NCBI RefSeq assembly: GCF_006345805.1 | Contig: NW_021835962.1 | Coordinates: 140,433 to 204,432 of the forward strand | Direction of reading: 5' to 3' | Source: Octopus sinensis | Taxonomy: Eukaryota | Length of the DNA stretch: 64,000 nt | In this document: piece after piece, positions 10,205-21,492 of the stretch | Layout of the letters: each line of letters starts with the position of its first letter | Numbering within the stretch: the stretch's first letter is position 1 | The notes under the pieces: model-generated | What the model was told of the DNA's origin: nothing | What the model saw: the letters and a program-made list of their open reading frames with translations, nothing else | The model's database searches: none | Position numbers and translations under genes: made by a program

Positions 10205-13141
10205 ATGTCTGTCTGTTCTGTTTGCAATATCCGTAATAATCGGAAAAAGACCATCCGTTGTGACCGTTGTTATGCCTTTTTCCATTTATCCTGCATCAAG
10301 CTTTCTAAGAAATCTGCCTCTTCCCTTTCCCGATGGGTTTGCTCTGCTTGCTCTTCTTTCCCCCCGTCATATTTCGCTCCTGCCATCTGTACCGGGTCCT
10401 CTGATTTTACTAATCCTATCCCTTCGCCGGACCCCTTCCTGCTTAATCCAGAGTCTGTCTTAAGACTCGCTCGTGATTACCGGGCGTCCTATCGTATTCC
10501 TATAAGAATTCCTCGTTCTGCCCGTTTTTCCGCGGCGAAGGCTCTGTCTGCTTTGATCGAGTCAGTCATTTGTGTTCAGTCCATTCCGAATTGGAACCGT
10601 TTGTTTTGCTTTGCCATATTTGCCCTGGGCTCCCCAGTTCAAGGCTTGGGCTCGGTAAAATCCCTTTCCTCTTCCATCAAGGAAAATATTAATAAGTTCA
10701 TGGAGGATTCCTTCATTCTGCCTCCTCTTCTGGGCAAGTCCCATGAACCAACTACTCTTAAAGATAATCGTATTCGTTTACGCAAACGTGTCAATTCCTG
10801 CCTTATGGCGCATGATGTCGGCTCTGCGGTCCGTATTCTTTCGTCTTCCGATTCCGTCCGTTCGATAACCCCGGATGTCCTCAAAATTCTCAGCGCCAAG
10901 CACCCGGCTGGCGATGTCCCTGCCTTTTGTGCCCGGACCCCTGAGGAGGTCTCGATCGCCTCTTCATCTGTCCAACAACTTTTGTTTGCTTTGAAATCTT
11001 TCAGGGGGAACAGTAGTGGTGGTGTTGACGGTCTCCGTCCCATTCACTTAATGGACCTCATCTCCAATACTGCTGAGGCTGGAAACCGTCTTTCTCAATC
11101 CATTGCCAAGCTTTGTAACCTATTTCTCCGTGGGGACATATCCGAGCATGCCAGACTGCTCTTCTTCTCTGCGAACCTGTCTGCTTTGGGGAAGAAAGAC
11201 GGCGGCATCAGACCTATTGCCGTCGGGAACGTTTTTCGTCGCTTGTTTGCAAAGGTCGGATGCAAGCTTGTAATTCCTTCTATTAGCGACGAACTCCAGC
11301 CCATTCAGTTGGGTGTGGGGGTACCTGGTGGGTGCGAGGCCTCGGTCCACGCTGCCCGGTGTTTCATTGAATCGGCTCGTCTCTCAGAGCGGCCCCAGTT
11401 ATTATTAAAATTGGATGTGAAGAACGCTTTCAATTCGCTCAATAGAAAGCATCTTCTTGAGGTTTGCAAGGCCAGAATTCCTTCTCTGCTGCCCTTCATT
11501 TTTCTTTCTTATGGTAACCCGAGCCTCTTGGTTGCTGGCGATTCTTTCATTTCGTCTTCCTGTGGCGTACAGCAAGGCGATCCTTTGGGTCCTTTATTAT
11601 TTGCCCTCTCGGTGGACTTTGTCGCCCGCAGGATTGCGTCCCCTCTTAATATTTGGTATTTGGACGACTGTACTATTGGTGGTCCGCCCGACATTTTGCT
11701 AAACGACTTGCAATCTCTACTCCCGGCGTTGTCATCTATTGGTCTTGAAATCAATTCTCTAAAATCTGAAATCGTTAATCTTAACGTCGAAGACCTCACC
11801 TTCGAAGACCTTTTTGCCCAGTTTCGTGGCCTCTTGCCCGATCTGAGGCAGACCTCTCATTCTGAACTTGAAATCCTGGGTGCCCCGATCCACCACCAAT
11901 CGGTCTCTCGTATTCTCGATTCCAAGAGAAATGCTCTTGCTTCTCTTTGTGATAAACTTGTGGACATCGATCCCCATCCCGCTTTTTTTATCCTCAAAAA
12001 CTTTCTTTTGATTCCGAGGATCAATTATGTCCTAAGGAGTTCCTGTTGCTTTTCTGTTCCCTCTGCTTTGGAGTCTTTTGACGCTCTGGTGCGTTCTTCA
12101 GCCGAGATTATTTTTAACGTCAAGTTCGATGATGTCGGTTGGCGTCAGGCCAAACTTCCTGTTCCTTTTGGTGGGCTTGGGCTCCGCTCGGCTCTCGACA
12201 TTTCTCTTCCCGCTTTCCTTTCATCGTCTTCAGGATTGTATCTTCTTGTCCATAAGATTCTTGAAAAATCGCCCGGATCTCGTTTGGACTCTGATATTAA
12301 TTCTGATATTAATTCTGCACTTTTGCTTTGGAAGGAAAAAGGGCTTGAGTTCCCTTCTGATAGGTCCCTCCAACGTGAATGGGATAAAATTCTTAGTAAG
12401 CATCATGCGGACTCGTTGGAGGCTCTCCTGAACCAGCACAGACTGGCTTGTTACCGTGCCAGCCGCCAACCGCATTCTGGCTCTTGGCTTAACTGCCTTC
12501 CTTCGACCCATTTGGACACCTGTCTTGACTCCGACGCCCTCCGTTTTGGCATTTGCCTCCGCCTCGGACTTCCGATCTGTAGTCCCCACCCCTGCCGGTG
12601 CGGATCTACTATGGACGTATACGGGCTCCATGCCCTCTCCTGCAAGAAAAGCGCGGGTCGTATTCCACGCCATTCGGCGATTAACAGAATCATTCTCGAC
12701 TCACTCGAAAAGGCCGGCTACCCTTCTGTCCTTGAGCCTAAGGGTCTCGACCGTGGTGACGGGAAAAGGCCGGACGGCTCTACGTTGTTCTCGTTTTATT
12801 CTGGGAGACCTTTGGTCTGGGATTCCACTTGTGTGGATACCTTCTCAAAGTCTTTCATCAACGAATCGGCCTCTCTTGCTGGGTCTCGTGCTAATAAGGC
12901 TGAGCTTTCGAAGTGCCGGAAATATCAGTCTTTGATGGATGACTTTTGGTTTTGGCCAATCGTTGTCGAGACTTCCGGCGTCTTTGGCTCCGGGACCCTC
13001 ACTTCCCTAAAGAAATTGGGACATCTTTGTTCTTCGCGGTCCAAGGACCCTAGGGAATTTACTTTCCTCATTCAGAGGATCCTGCTGGCTGTCATGCGTG
13101 GCAACAGCTGTTCCCTCCGTCTCGCTGGGAGAATTTATTAG
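10205..13141 (+). CDS. Intact single-ORF CRE-clade non-LTR retrotransposon protein: PHD finger - RT - Zn knuckle - restriction-like endonuclease (978 aa)
   Basis: C4HC3 at the N-terminus (CSVC..CDRC.AFFHLSC..WVCSAC). RT motifs KKDGGIRPIAVG, KLDVKNAFNS, GVQQGDPLGPLLF and YLDD. C-terminal CRCG..HALSC, RH, RPDG..D and AE..K.RKY. Pyrimidine-rich 5' leader at ~10020-10204. No TSD or poly(A) identified. Confidence 0.93.
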   Translation: MSVCSVCNIRNNRKKTIRCDRCYAFFHLSCIKLSKKSASSLSRWVCSACSSFPPSYFAPAICTGSSDFTNPIPSPDPFLLNPESVLRLARDYRASYRIPIRIPRSARFSAAKALSALIESVICVQSIPNWNRLFCFAIFALGSPVQGLGSVKSLSSSIKENINKFMEDSFILPPLLGKSHEPTTLKDNRIRLRKRVNSCLMAHDVGSAVRILSSSDSVRSITPDVLKILSAKHPAGDVPAFCARTPEEVSIASSSVQQLLFALKSFRGNSSGGVDGLRPIHLMDLISNTAEAGNRLSQSIAKLCNLFLRGDISEHARLLFFSANLSALGKKDGGIRPIAVGNVFRRLFAKVGCKLVIPSISDELQPIQLGVGVPGGCEASVHAARCFIESARLSERPQLLLKLDVKNAFNSLNRKHLLEVCKARIPSLLPFIFLSYGNPSLLVAGDSFISSSCGVQQGDPLGPLLFALSVDFVARRIASPLNIWYLDDCTIGGPPDILLNDLQSLLPALSSIGLEINSLKSEIVNLNVEDLTFEDLFAQFRGLLPDLRQTSHSELEILGAPIHHQSVSRILDSKRNALASLCDKLVDIDPHPAFFILKNFLLIPRINYVLRSSCCFSVPSALESFDALVRSSAEIIFNVKFDDVGWRQAKLPVPFGGLGLRSALDISLPAFLSSSSGLYLLVHKILEKSPGSRLDSDINSDINSALLLWKEKGLEFPSDRSLQREWDKILSKHHADSLEALLNQHRLACYRASRQPHSGSWLNCLPSTHLDTCLDSDALRFGICLRLGLPICSPHPCRCGSTMDVYGLHALSCKKSAGRIPRHSAINRIILDSLEKAGYPSVLEPKGLDRGDGKRPDGSTLFSFYSGRPLVWDSTCVDTFSKSFINESASLAGSRANKAELSKCRKYQSLMDDFWFWPIVVETSGVFGSGTLTSLKKLGHLCSSRSKDPREFTFLIQRILLAVMRGNSCSLRLAGRIY

Positions 13142-14143
13142 TTTGTTGACTTTACTTAGTTAGCTGCAAAATTGACTTTAAAAGTTATGTAATTTGTATG
13201 TGTAACAAAAATTATTTGTGTTTTTATTGTTTAATTAAGTTAAGCTTTCAAGTTAATTTTTTTAGCTTGTAGTTTAATAAAGTTATTTTTTCGTTAAATT
13301 TTTTATTTTTAGCTTGAATAATTGATTTGAAGTTTGAAAAGTGAACTTCCATGCAAATTGAATTTTTTGGTGTTAAAAAAGAGGCGTTTCTTTTTTATGC
13401 CCCATGCAACCACTGAGGGTTGCATTTACTAATCCGCCTTGTTTGTTTTATTTGTTTCATTACCTGATTCATGAGATGCACAAGTATTGAAATCTTATCA
13501 TAAAGATGCACGACAGCCAGTCGTATTATCTGTCACCCCCGATAAAATCCAACTTGGATTTCTAGCAGACTATAATTGTAAAATTTTTGTTGTATTTCAC
13601 ATGAAATATCAAGAGAAACAGATAGTTTGTCTTTTTATTAGCTTTTGCCTGTATCTTATAAATTTTTTAATGAGTCTCCCAAAGTTTATAACACAATATA
13701 TTTAATTTCAATTTATTCTAATTATTATTATTTTGTGTTAAATTAAATTAAAAGAATAAATATATTCACGCTTGTATGTCTGTTCAGGTATATTCCAAGT
13801 GTATTTTGGAAATATTAAAATTATTACGCCAAAATTCTGATTCCAACGAGGAAATTAAAGCAGTTAGAATTCTCAAATATCAATTAAATAGGTTTTTGAA
13901 TATATGAAAAATCAGCTTACTGAGTCAGACCTTCTGGTTCTTTTATCTTTATTTCACATTCTAGAAGGAACTTCCTTTTAATGAAGATACAGTTTATTGC
14001 CGACTTACATCAGCTCCGTAAGTTAACTTTGATTATCTTAAAGAGATTGTAAATTAGAGGACATTGTAGCTCTCACTAACAGTTATTATGGCTATGATAT
14101 TTTAAAAGACCAGAATATTCGACAAACTTCAGAAAGTTCAGAT

Positions 14144-14420
14144 TTGTTAACAATTAATTTCGAATCGGAAAAGGAAACTGATTATTTTTCTGCAGAAAAT
14201 AGTTCCACAGATTGTATTAAGTCAAATCGAATTTTATGGTCTATAAAAGAAGAAGCGACATTGTTGGATGCTGTTAAGGTTTATGGAAAGGATTTTGATT
14301 ATATTTCTACAATTTTACATGAGAATCAACGTTCAGCTTCGGCAAATGGGAAAAGATGTCATGTGATAAAAAGTTGTTCAAAAAAGTTAGTAAATATTGG
14401 AGAATTCATTTCAAAAAATA
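14144..14420 (+). pseudogene. Myb/SANT-domain gene remnant
   Basis: 'WSIKEEATLLDAVKVYGKDFDYISTIL' followed, after a frameshift, by 'KWEKM'. The upstream reading from ~13776 is broken by stops. Confidence 0.55.
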
Positions 14421-15033
14421 ATTCTTCATTTATTTTTTTAATATTTGTTTACAATTTTGTTTTTATTGAACATTAATTTTTTGTGTTTATTAAAATGTTT
14501 TTAAACCTTACTTGATTTAATTTTTTAGTTATATTTGTACGAGAGTGTTTCAATAATAAAACTAATTTTAGTTTTTAACCCTTTTTTAAAAGGATAGTTC
14601 TACATTTAAATTAGTAGTTTTGTTCTGTGGTTTATTGCTACATTCATTAATGTGTATTATTTAATACAAAAGTATTCCATTCCTAAAAATATTGATTCGT
14701 ACTTGACGAAACGAAACATTTTTATTGTAAAACAAAAAAGGATAGTGACAACAATTAGGACGGAAATATAAACGAGACAATTGATCATTGAAGGAACGTC
14801 CGGTTTTCTGTCTAGAGGCAAGTTATTGATTCAGACCGATAAATGGGTCGGTCACCCGAATTCGTCTCTGGAAAGACTGGAAAGATTCTTTGATGGTCTG
14901 CCGCATCTCCGAGGACTCGTAGATCTAACCTATAGGCTAGCATCTCCGAGGACTTTAGGCTGGGTCTCGTAATCTTTTCGATTTCATTAGAATTATCTTA
15001 TTTAGCATCGATTGTGACTCAAGTACTGTAAAC

Positions 15034-16109
15034 CAGTGGTTCTCAACCTTTTTTGTCCGCGAACCCCTTGTGAGTAAATGAAAAATTTCGCGGACCCCCT
15101 ACATATTTATTAAGTTTTTTGTCAAAAAAATTTTACTTATCTAAAAACAAAATTTATTATTAAATCAATAAAGAAAATTAGTGAGAAGGTTGATATTGTT
15201 TTTTCGAGGCAATTTTTTCAATAAGAGGCTCGGTTGTCGACAAGCAAACCCTGATGTCATCTTCAATATTCAGTCTTGCGCGATGATTATTTTTTATATT
15301 GAGAAGTGCTGAGAAGCCATGTTCGCATAAATATGTTGTCAGGAATATAAGCAACAAATTTAATGCATTTTCGCTTACGGAAGGATAATGCTTACACATT
15401 TCGCACCAAAATCTTGATAAAGCAAGTTTTTCATACAAATCTCTTGCGTTTGAATTATTGATCATGTCAATAAAAGCCTCTTCGATATTTTCATCGACCA
15501 AACGTGGACCAACACTGAATGGTATACGAATGAATTTCAATGAGCAACACAAGTTACCTCAATTGTTAAAATTTTTAATTCTGCTTGATCAGAAGTAACA
15601 AATCGCATCCTAAATCCACTTTTCAAGTAAAATTGTTTTTCATCATCAAATTCAAACGATTCAGACAATTTTTTAAGTCTATACTTTTGTCTTTTTGGAA
15701 TTTCAGGACAATAATAATCATTCATTTTAAAATTTTTAATTATTTGCATTTCGCTCGCAGACAGTCTCAAGTAACTCATTTTTTTCGCGTGCGATTGATT
15801 ATATTTTAGCAAAATAAAAATATTATATTTTAAAAAAATATATAATAATTTGTCATCATTAAGTCATTATTATTTGAAATGATATGTTTTTTTGTTTTAA
15901 AGTGATGTACGGTCCGGCAAATGGCGGGTCCGGCAAATGGACGGTGACAATTTATAATATATCTAAAAGATATATTATTAATTATGATTTAATTCTATTA
16001 TATATTAATTTAAAATTGTTATCATTAAATAGAAACATTTAAATAAAGTTTCAGAAAAATTTCGCGGACCCCCTGGAATCTTTCGCGGACCCCAGGTTGA
16101 GAACCACTG
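15034..16109 (-). mobile_element. hAT (Buster/Charlie-type) non-autonomous deletion derivative
   Basis: Perfect 16-bp TIRs cagtggttctcaacct / aggttgagaaccactg and exact 8-bp TSD CTGTAAAC (15026-15033, 16110-16117). hAT dimerisation remnant 'FLTTYLCEHGFSALLNIKNNHRARLNIEDDIRVCLS' at 15178-15552. Confidence 0.95.
15555..15949 (-). mobile_element. Left end of a Ginger-like element nested inside the hAT
   Basis: The minus strand begins tgtcaccg (as the TIR at 3708) with a duplicated subterminal motif ccatttgccgg. The ORF 'MSYLRLSASEMQIIKNFK..QKYRLKK' resembles the N-terminus of the integrase at 3940. Confidence 0.6.
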
Positions 16110-16129
16110 CTGTAAACAGTAAGGGCAAG

Positions 16130-17900
16130 TAATTTTCACCAGGGACCGAGGTTTTTGATCTGCTCAGTTTCTTTTGTTGATTTGGAGGTAGGCCGATTTT
16201 TCCATGGCCAGCGCGAGTCGCTTACTGATGCACCCCCACTTTATCACCTCAATGTAACTGAAAAACCGTTTTCCGACGCTTTTGTGTCCTTTGAGATGTC
16301 CAGGACGAGAACTTCGTCAGCGTATAGGAAGAAAGTTGTCGAATAGTGAAGGGAAATTGCTCATTACCAAGTTGAATAGAAGTGGACTAAGAAAAGATCC
16401 TTGCAGCACCCCCTTTTCGGAGCCTGATGTTTCTTGTATGGAAGCCAGATTCAGATACGAATGAGTTGCTGTTCGAGAGGAAGCACCGCATTCAGAGCCT
16501 CTCCTGTTGGCTTACAGATTTGTACCTTCTCCTAACAGGTCCCGATACCATTGGCTGTCGAAAGTCTTTGAAATGTTTAGGCATTAGAGAAATAGAGTTT
16601 CTTTGAACTCTATTGACTAGGCAGTTAGGAAGCTTGTCACTTTGGCGTTTGGACTGATTTCCCGCATGTAGCCTGGTTGCGTAGGTGGTTAGATAGTGAT
16701 GCATAAAATTGTTTAACTCATCACTCGCGGAGTCGATATCAAGAACAAAGCTGTACCCGTCCAAGCGACCATTGTCGTGCAGGAGTATACTCAAGGAGCT
16801 CCTGCAGTGCGGTCAGTTGATCTTTAAGAAGCTGTACTGAATGAATTGGGGAGGTTGTCCCCCCATTCTTGTCTCTATAACAGTCAAACAAATAGTCATC
16901 CCAGGATTTGAAGATGTCCGTCTGGACTTATAGCGCTACGTGCATTAGAAGTCCTTCATGGTTGAATATCAAGTAAAAATTGAAGGAAATGAGAATTTGG
17001 GGGTACACTCCCTGACTGAGACACACTTGGTGGATCAACTCGGTGATATGGTCCACTATAAAGTTGATGACGTCTTCAATGTGGGAGGGGAGTCCATGCT
17101 TCTCCAGATATGCTTGGGCAGTCTCCTGTTATGTCCAGAACTGAAAAACGACCGACAAGACATGGTATGGCTGGCAACAATAATTAAGACACTCAATAGG
17201 GGAGCCCGCAGGTTTTCTTCTTTTAGACAGTCAGATGAGTAAAGAGGTTGACTATTTATTTTAGATAAAGCCATATTGTCAGAGGAGGAGCGCGAGATTG
17301 TACTGCAGTTTGGGCACGACTGGGAAATAACATGCATGGAGATGGATGAGCGGAGAAAGTAAAGAACTTTGCATTGATATATTTGGTGGACATAACGAAG
17401 ATAGGAAATTCATTGAGAGTGCAGATATTCGACTCAACGTCTGGGGTTCAGCGTAAGGGGATACATTAGGATTTCTCCTATTTGTCTTCGCAATGGACCA
17501 TATTGCCCAATAGCTGTCAAACCCACTCCATTTCTGGTATCTTGACGATATCCATGCGTTGATATTATTTCGGATTTTAGCCAAATTGGTCTATCACTCA
17601 ATGGTTCAAGTCGAAGTTCACTCTCCTTTTTCTATTTTATTATGCTTTCGCATTCCTTTCTGAGAAGGTTGTCGGTCTCAGATTGAGAACTCCAAAAGAT
17701 CTGTTTGTCCTTGGTTTGCCAATCTTTGGTCGAGGGATATCCACATCTATTGCGGATAAGAAACGTGAGTTAATCCTAACTATGGAACAATTTTCCGAAC
17801 TTGGTGCACATGTGGGACTATTTCTCACTAAAAACTATCTTTTTGTCACTTATTTTGTCAATTCTGTTCTTTTCCCTCTTGTGAACATTTCAAACTGACT
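16130..17900 (-). pseudogene. Degenerate APE-type LINE (gag-like, endonuclease and RT remnants)
   Basis: The minus strand at ~16300-16430 reads 'GVLQGSFLSPLLFNLVM..YADE'. Cys/His knuckle-like remnants near 17300-17390. Many stops and frameshifts. Confidence 0.65.
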
Positions 17901-18188
17901 GAATTTTCTTCTGCCCACGAAATTTGGAGTGTATCTGGTCTAGTCATCCACGAGCTGGATCATTTACAAAGAAGTTGAGATTCTATTCGAAGTAAAGAGA
18001 TCGTGGAATGTTTGAAAACAAAGGCCGATCAAATCAAACTCGCCTTCATTAACGCAGCTGCGGAACTACATTCAGAAGACAGGTTAAATTCCGTCCTACT
18101 ATCTTTAGCCGGTTTACTCTTGGATGATCAAATCAAATCAAATCAAAATTTATTCCAAAGACCACCGTTAACCAAAAGAAAAAACTAA

Positions 18189-19030
18189 CTAGGTGATCCC
18201 GACGAATTTGATCATTGCTCTCAGTTTCGCTCTGTGCTGCTCTCTTGAGCCCACACAAGATCGTTGAGGACGGATCGTTTCTTTATACCATTGATGCCCT
18301 TTTGTATTCTTCTCAATGAGAGTTTCGAAGGAGATTGGTGGTTTGATAGCTTCACCTGTATACCACCTTTCGGTAAGTGTGAAAGCTCTTTTCTGGGTTG
18401 CGGAGATTTTACGGATGTTTGTATTCGAAATCAGTGACCCCCATGAGGCACAAACATATGAGATACATGGTTCAATATACTGTGAGTAGAGTGTTTTAAG
18501 TATAGGGTGATTTCCCATTTTCCATAGACCAGTTAGGCATTTCAGGAGGTTGATTTTCTTTTCACATTTGTTCAGCACATTTGTGACATGTTTAGAGAAG
18601 TTCATGTGCGTGTCATAAGTTAATCCCAATATCTTTTGCCATTTGCTGAAAGGTAATACTCTTCCCTCCACAACACCTTCGATTGAAGTTTTCGATAGTC
18701 TTTTGGCTGAGGAGTAGAGAGTTGTGACAGATTTTTCTGTGTTGATCGACATCCGGTTTACGTTAAACCACTCAACTAGGTGATCCAGGTTTTGTTGTAA
18801 CCTTCCTTTTGCTGTTTGGATGTTCTGGTCCCGTGATGCCAATACAATGTCATCTGCATAGGCCAGAAGCAGATCGTCATCGCCATTAGGCGTCGGAATA
18901 TCGGCCGTAAACAAATTGAATAGGAAAGGTGATAATGGTGAGCCCTGGGGTACACCATGAGTCAGTTTGAATTGGTACCTGTCTACGAATCGAAATCTCT
19001 TTATGCCAATACCACTTGTACAAGTGCGGA
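18189..19030 (-). pseudogene. I/Ingi-like LINE reverse transcriptase 3' fragment
   Basis: 'GVPQGSPLSPFLFNLFTADIP..AYADDIV..KILGLTYDTHMNFSKHV..LYSQYIEPCISY..WG'. Confidence 0.9.
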
Positions 19031-20589
19031 AAGTTGATAGGCTCCGATGGTCTCCACAAAAACACCAATTTGGCAGATTTGCTTATAAAACTAATTAAGA
19101 AAATTTCAGAATTATTTCACACGTTTCATCACATACACCTTGACTCATTTTTTTCCTTAGTAGAGTTGATTTAGTAAATACACCAGTTGCAGTAGAAACT
19201 ACAGTAAACACAAATATTGCTGGCTGTCCTTCATTAAGACCTCAAAACCGTGTTTTTTATGACCAATGCATAATGATAATAATATAAACACGCGATTTAA
19301 ATGATGTAAAAGTATCATATTTATCATTATTTTATAAAATCTTTAATTATTATATCAGTTTAGTCTAAAATTTTTTTGTTTATTTATTCACCAGTTTTCT
19401 CACTAAAGTCAAATAATATTAGTTAAATAGGTTTTTGCAAAAATAGATTATTTAAACAGATATTTTCTTACAATAAAATTAAGTTACCCGTCAATGCCAG
19501 TCTTTGTTCCTTTGATTTACATTCAGGATAAGAAAAATCTAGACTTTGTTTAAAATCCGATTTTATTAAGTAGAAACGCCCAAATCCGACTATAAATACT
19601 GCCAATATTATTTAGACTTTGACGAACACAAATGGCAGGAGTTAACCCCAACTGTAATTGTATGAGAATTCCATGTAAATGGCAAAACGAGGATAATTTA
19701 GGTATGAGATCCAAACAGTACAATCGGGAGTAGATATGTACAAACAGAGCAACATGCACAGCTATTCAGTACCAAAGAAGAATAGAGAAATGATTCTCAG
19801 CAGTCTTACTTTAGACTCTAAAGTAAGATGGAATCGCAGGGGATGTAATCAAAATGAGCAACACTTTCAAAGTGATTGGAATATTCAGAGGAATAATTAC
19901 TGCGTAATACGAAACGACTATTTGAGTGATCCGGACTACCACAACATTTGTTTGATTCATTTGAAAATGATTTTATTTAGATGTTCTTAATGAATCTCGA
20001 ACATACACAGCTTATTTATTAAATACGGTAATACCAGAAGAAAAACGAATTTATAACGTAATTCCAAATTTGAATGGTTTTTTAAAAGTAATTTTACATT
20101 TCTATTAGATGGACATTTAAGAAATGTCAAAAAAGGTGTTTTTTTAATTAATATAAAACTTTTTTAGACGATCCTCCAGATTTTAGCATTGATTGGTTTC
20201 TCAAAAAATAGTTTTAGTTTTGATTACTTGCTTTTTTAATAGTTTTATTGATTTCGTTAAATACTTTTTAAACTCACTTTGCGTTATTGATATTTATAAT
20301 TTGAGTTATTTAGCTTTTTATGAAATAAATTATCAATATGATTTATTTGTATTAAGAATATACGAATTAAAAAGAAATAGATACGTGTCTACAAAAATTA
20401 GTACAAAATTCCAAAAAGATTTAAATAAATAAACAATTTTAAAATCCTTACCATTAAAAAAACCGGGACTGCTTATTTTATGTAATACAGCTCGCTAATT
20501 TTAATGCACATCATTCAACAAGGACAAAGCGTAAGAAAAATTGAACGAGCGCATAGACTAGGGCTTGCTAACATGTTTAAAAATGAATA

Positions 20590-20775
20590 ATTTGCCTCTG
20601 AGCCGTGCTTGGCCGAAACTTATGTTTTTAAGCAGCTGGTCGCCACTGTGAGGATTGGAATCTGCCTACCTCTGGGTTCACTTGTATCGCCCAAACATAA
20701 ATGTCGATGAACTTGATTAACACTCTTCTTTCTGTCACGGAATTGGACGCTTTCCCCGTTACTTCGTAATTCCGG
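20590..20775 (+). pseudogene. Short CRE-clade fragment (Zn-knuckle region)
   Basis: Reads 'VRIGICLPLGSLVSPKHKCR..CHGIGRFPR', matching 'VRIGVCLRLG..KHQCR..CRNGIGR' in the 1109 ORF. Confidence 0.65.
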
Positions 20776-20961
20776 ATTTCACACAAAGATTTCACTTGAT
20801 CTTTGCAAAAACGGCAGAAGACCAGACAGTATGACGACCTTTCCTTTCAATGGAAAAATTGTCTGATTTGGAACGTCCAGAACATAAGAGAATCACTCGA
20901 AAGTCCCGGAATTCTATCCAAAGAGGCCAAAAGCAAGAAAATAATTTTAAAAACTGTAGAG

Positions 20962-21492
20962 CAGGGGTGTCAAACATGCGGCCCTCAAAAGACATAGGTG
21001 TAGCCCTCAGCGTACTTTGGCAAACATAAGTGCGGTCTGATTTAATGGCTATAAAATACAAAAAATTATTTTTTATTTTTTTATATTTAATTAAAATTTT
21101 TAATGATAATAGAATTAAAATGAAATAATTCGTTATCAATTTAATTGTATTGTATTTTTAAATCGTGTTTGTCAATGTCGCGTGCTTCTTCTGGAATAAA
21201 AAAGAAACGGTGCTTGAAAGATGAACGGAAAGTGTTTCAAGATAAATGGTAACTTCTCTATTTTTGCACAAGGGTCGATGGAAAAATACATTGTTTGATA
21301 TGTAACAAGTTTATCGCTATACCGAAAGAATACAACCCAAAGAGGCATTATCAATCTAATCATCTATCATACAATTATTTCGAACGTATTAAGTTGTTTA
21401 TTAACCAAGAAGGTCCAATTCGCGTTTCAAAGCTAAATGAATTGCGAAAAAATTTATCTGCGTTACAGGCTCATTTCACAAAAAGTCATAAC
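20962..21492 (+). mobile_element. 5' end of a hAT (SPIN/GTF2IRD2-like) element, truncated by the next hAT
   Basis: Left TIR caggggtgtcaaac. From 21176 the reading is 'ERKVFQDKW*..CLICNKFIAIPKEYNPKRHYQSNH' (BED-type Zn finger). Confidence 0.8.

Noticed and set aside
10260-12935. Overlapping and antisense ORFs inside the CRE ORF (also those inside the LINE copies)
   Set aside because: Shadow ORFs expected from GC-richer, biased coding sequence; no motifs.
10020-13200. TSD and poly(A) for the full-length CRE
   Set aside because: No direct repeat or A-tail was found at plausible ends, so element boundaries are not called.
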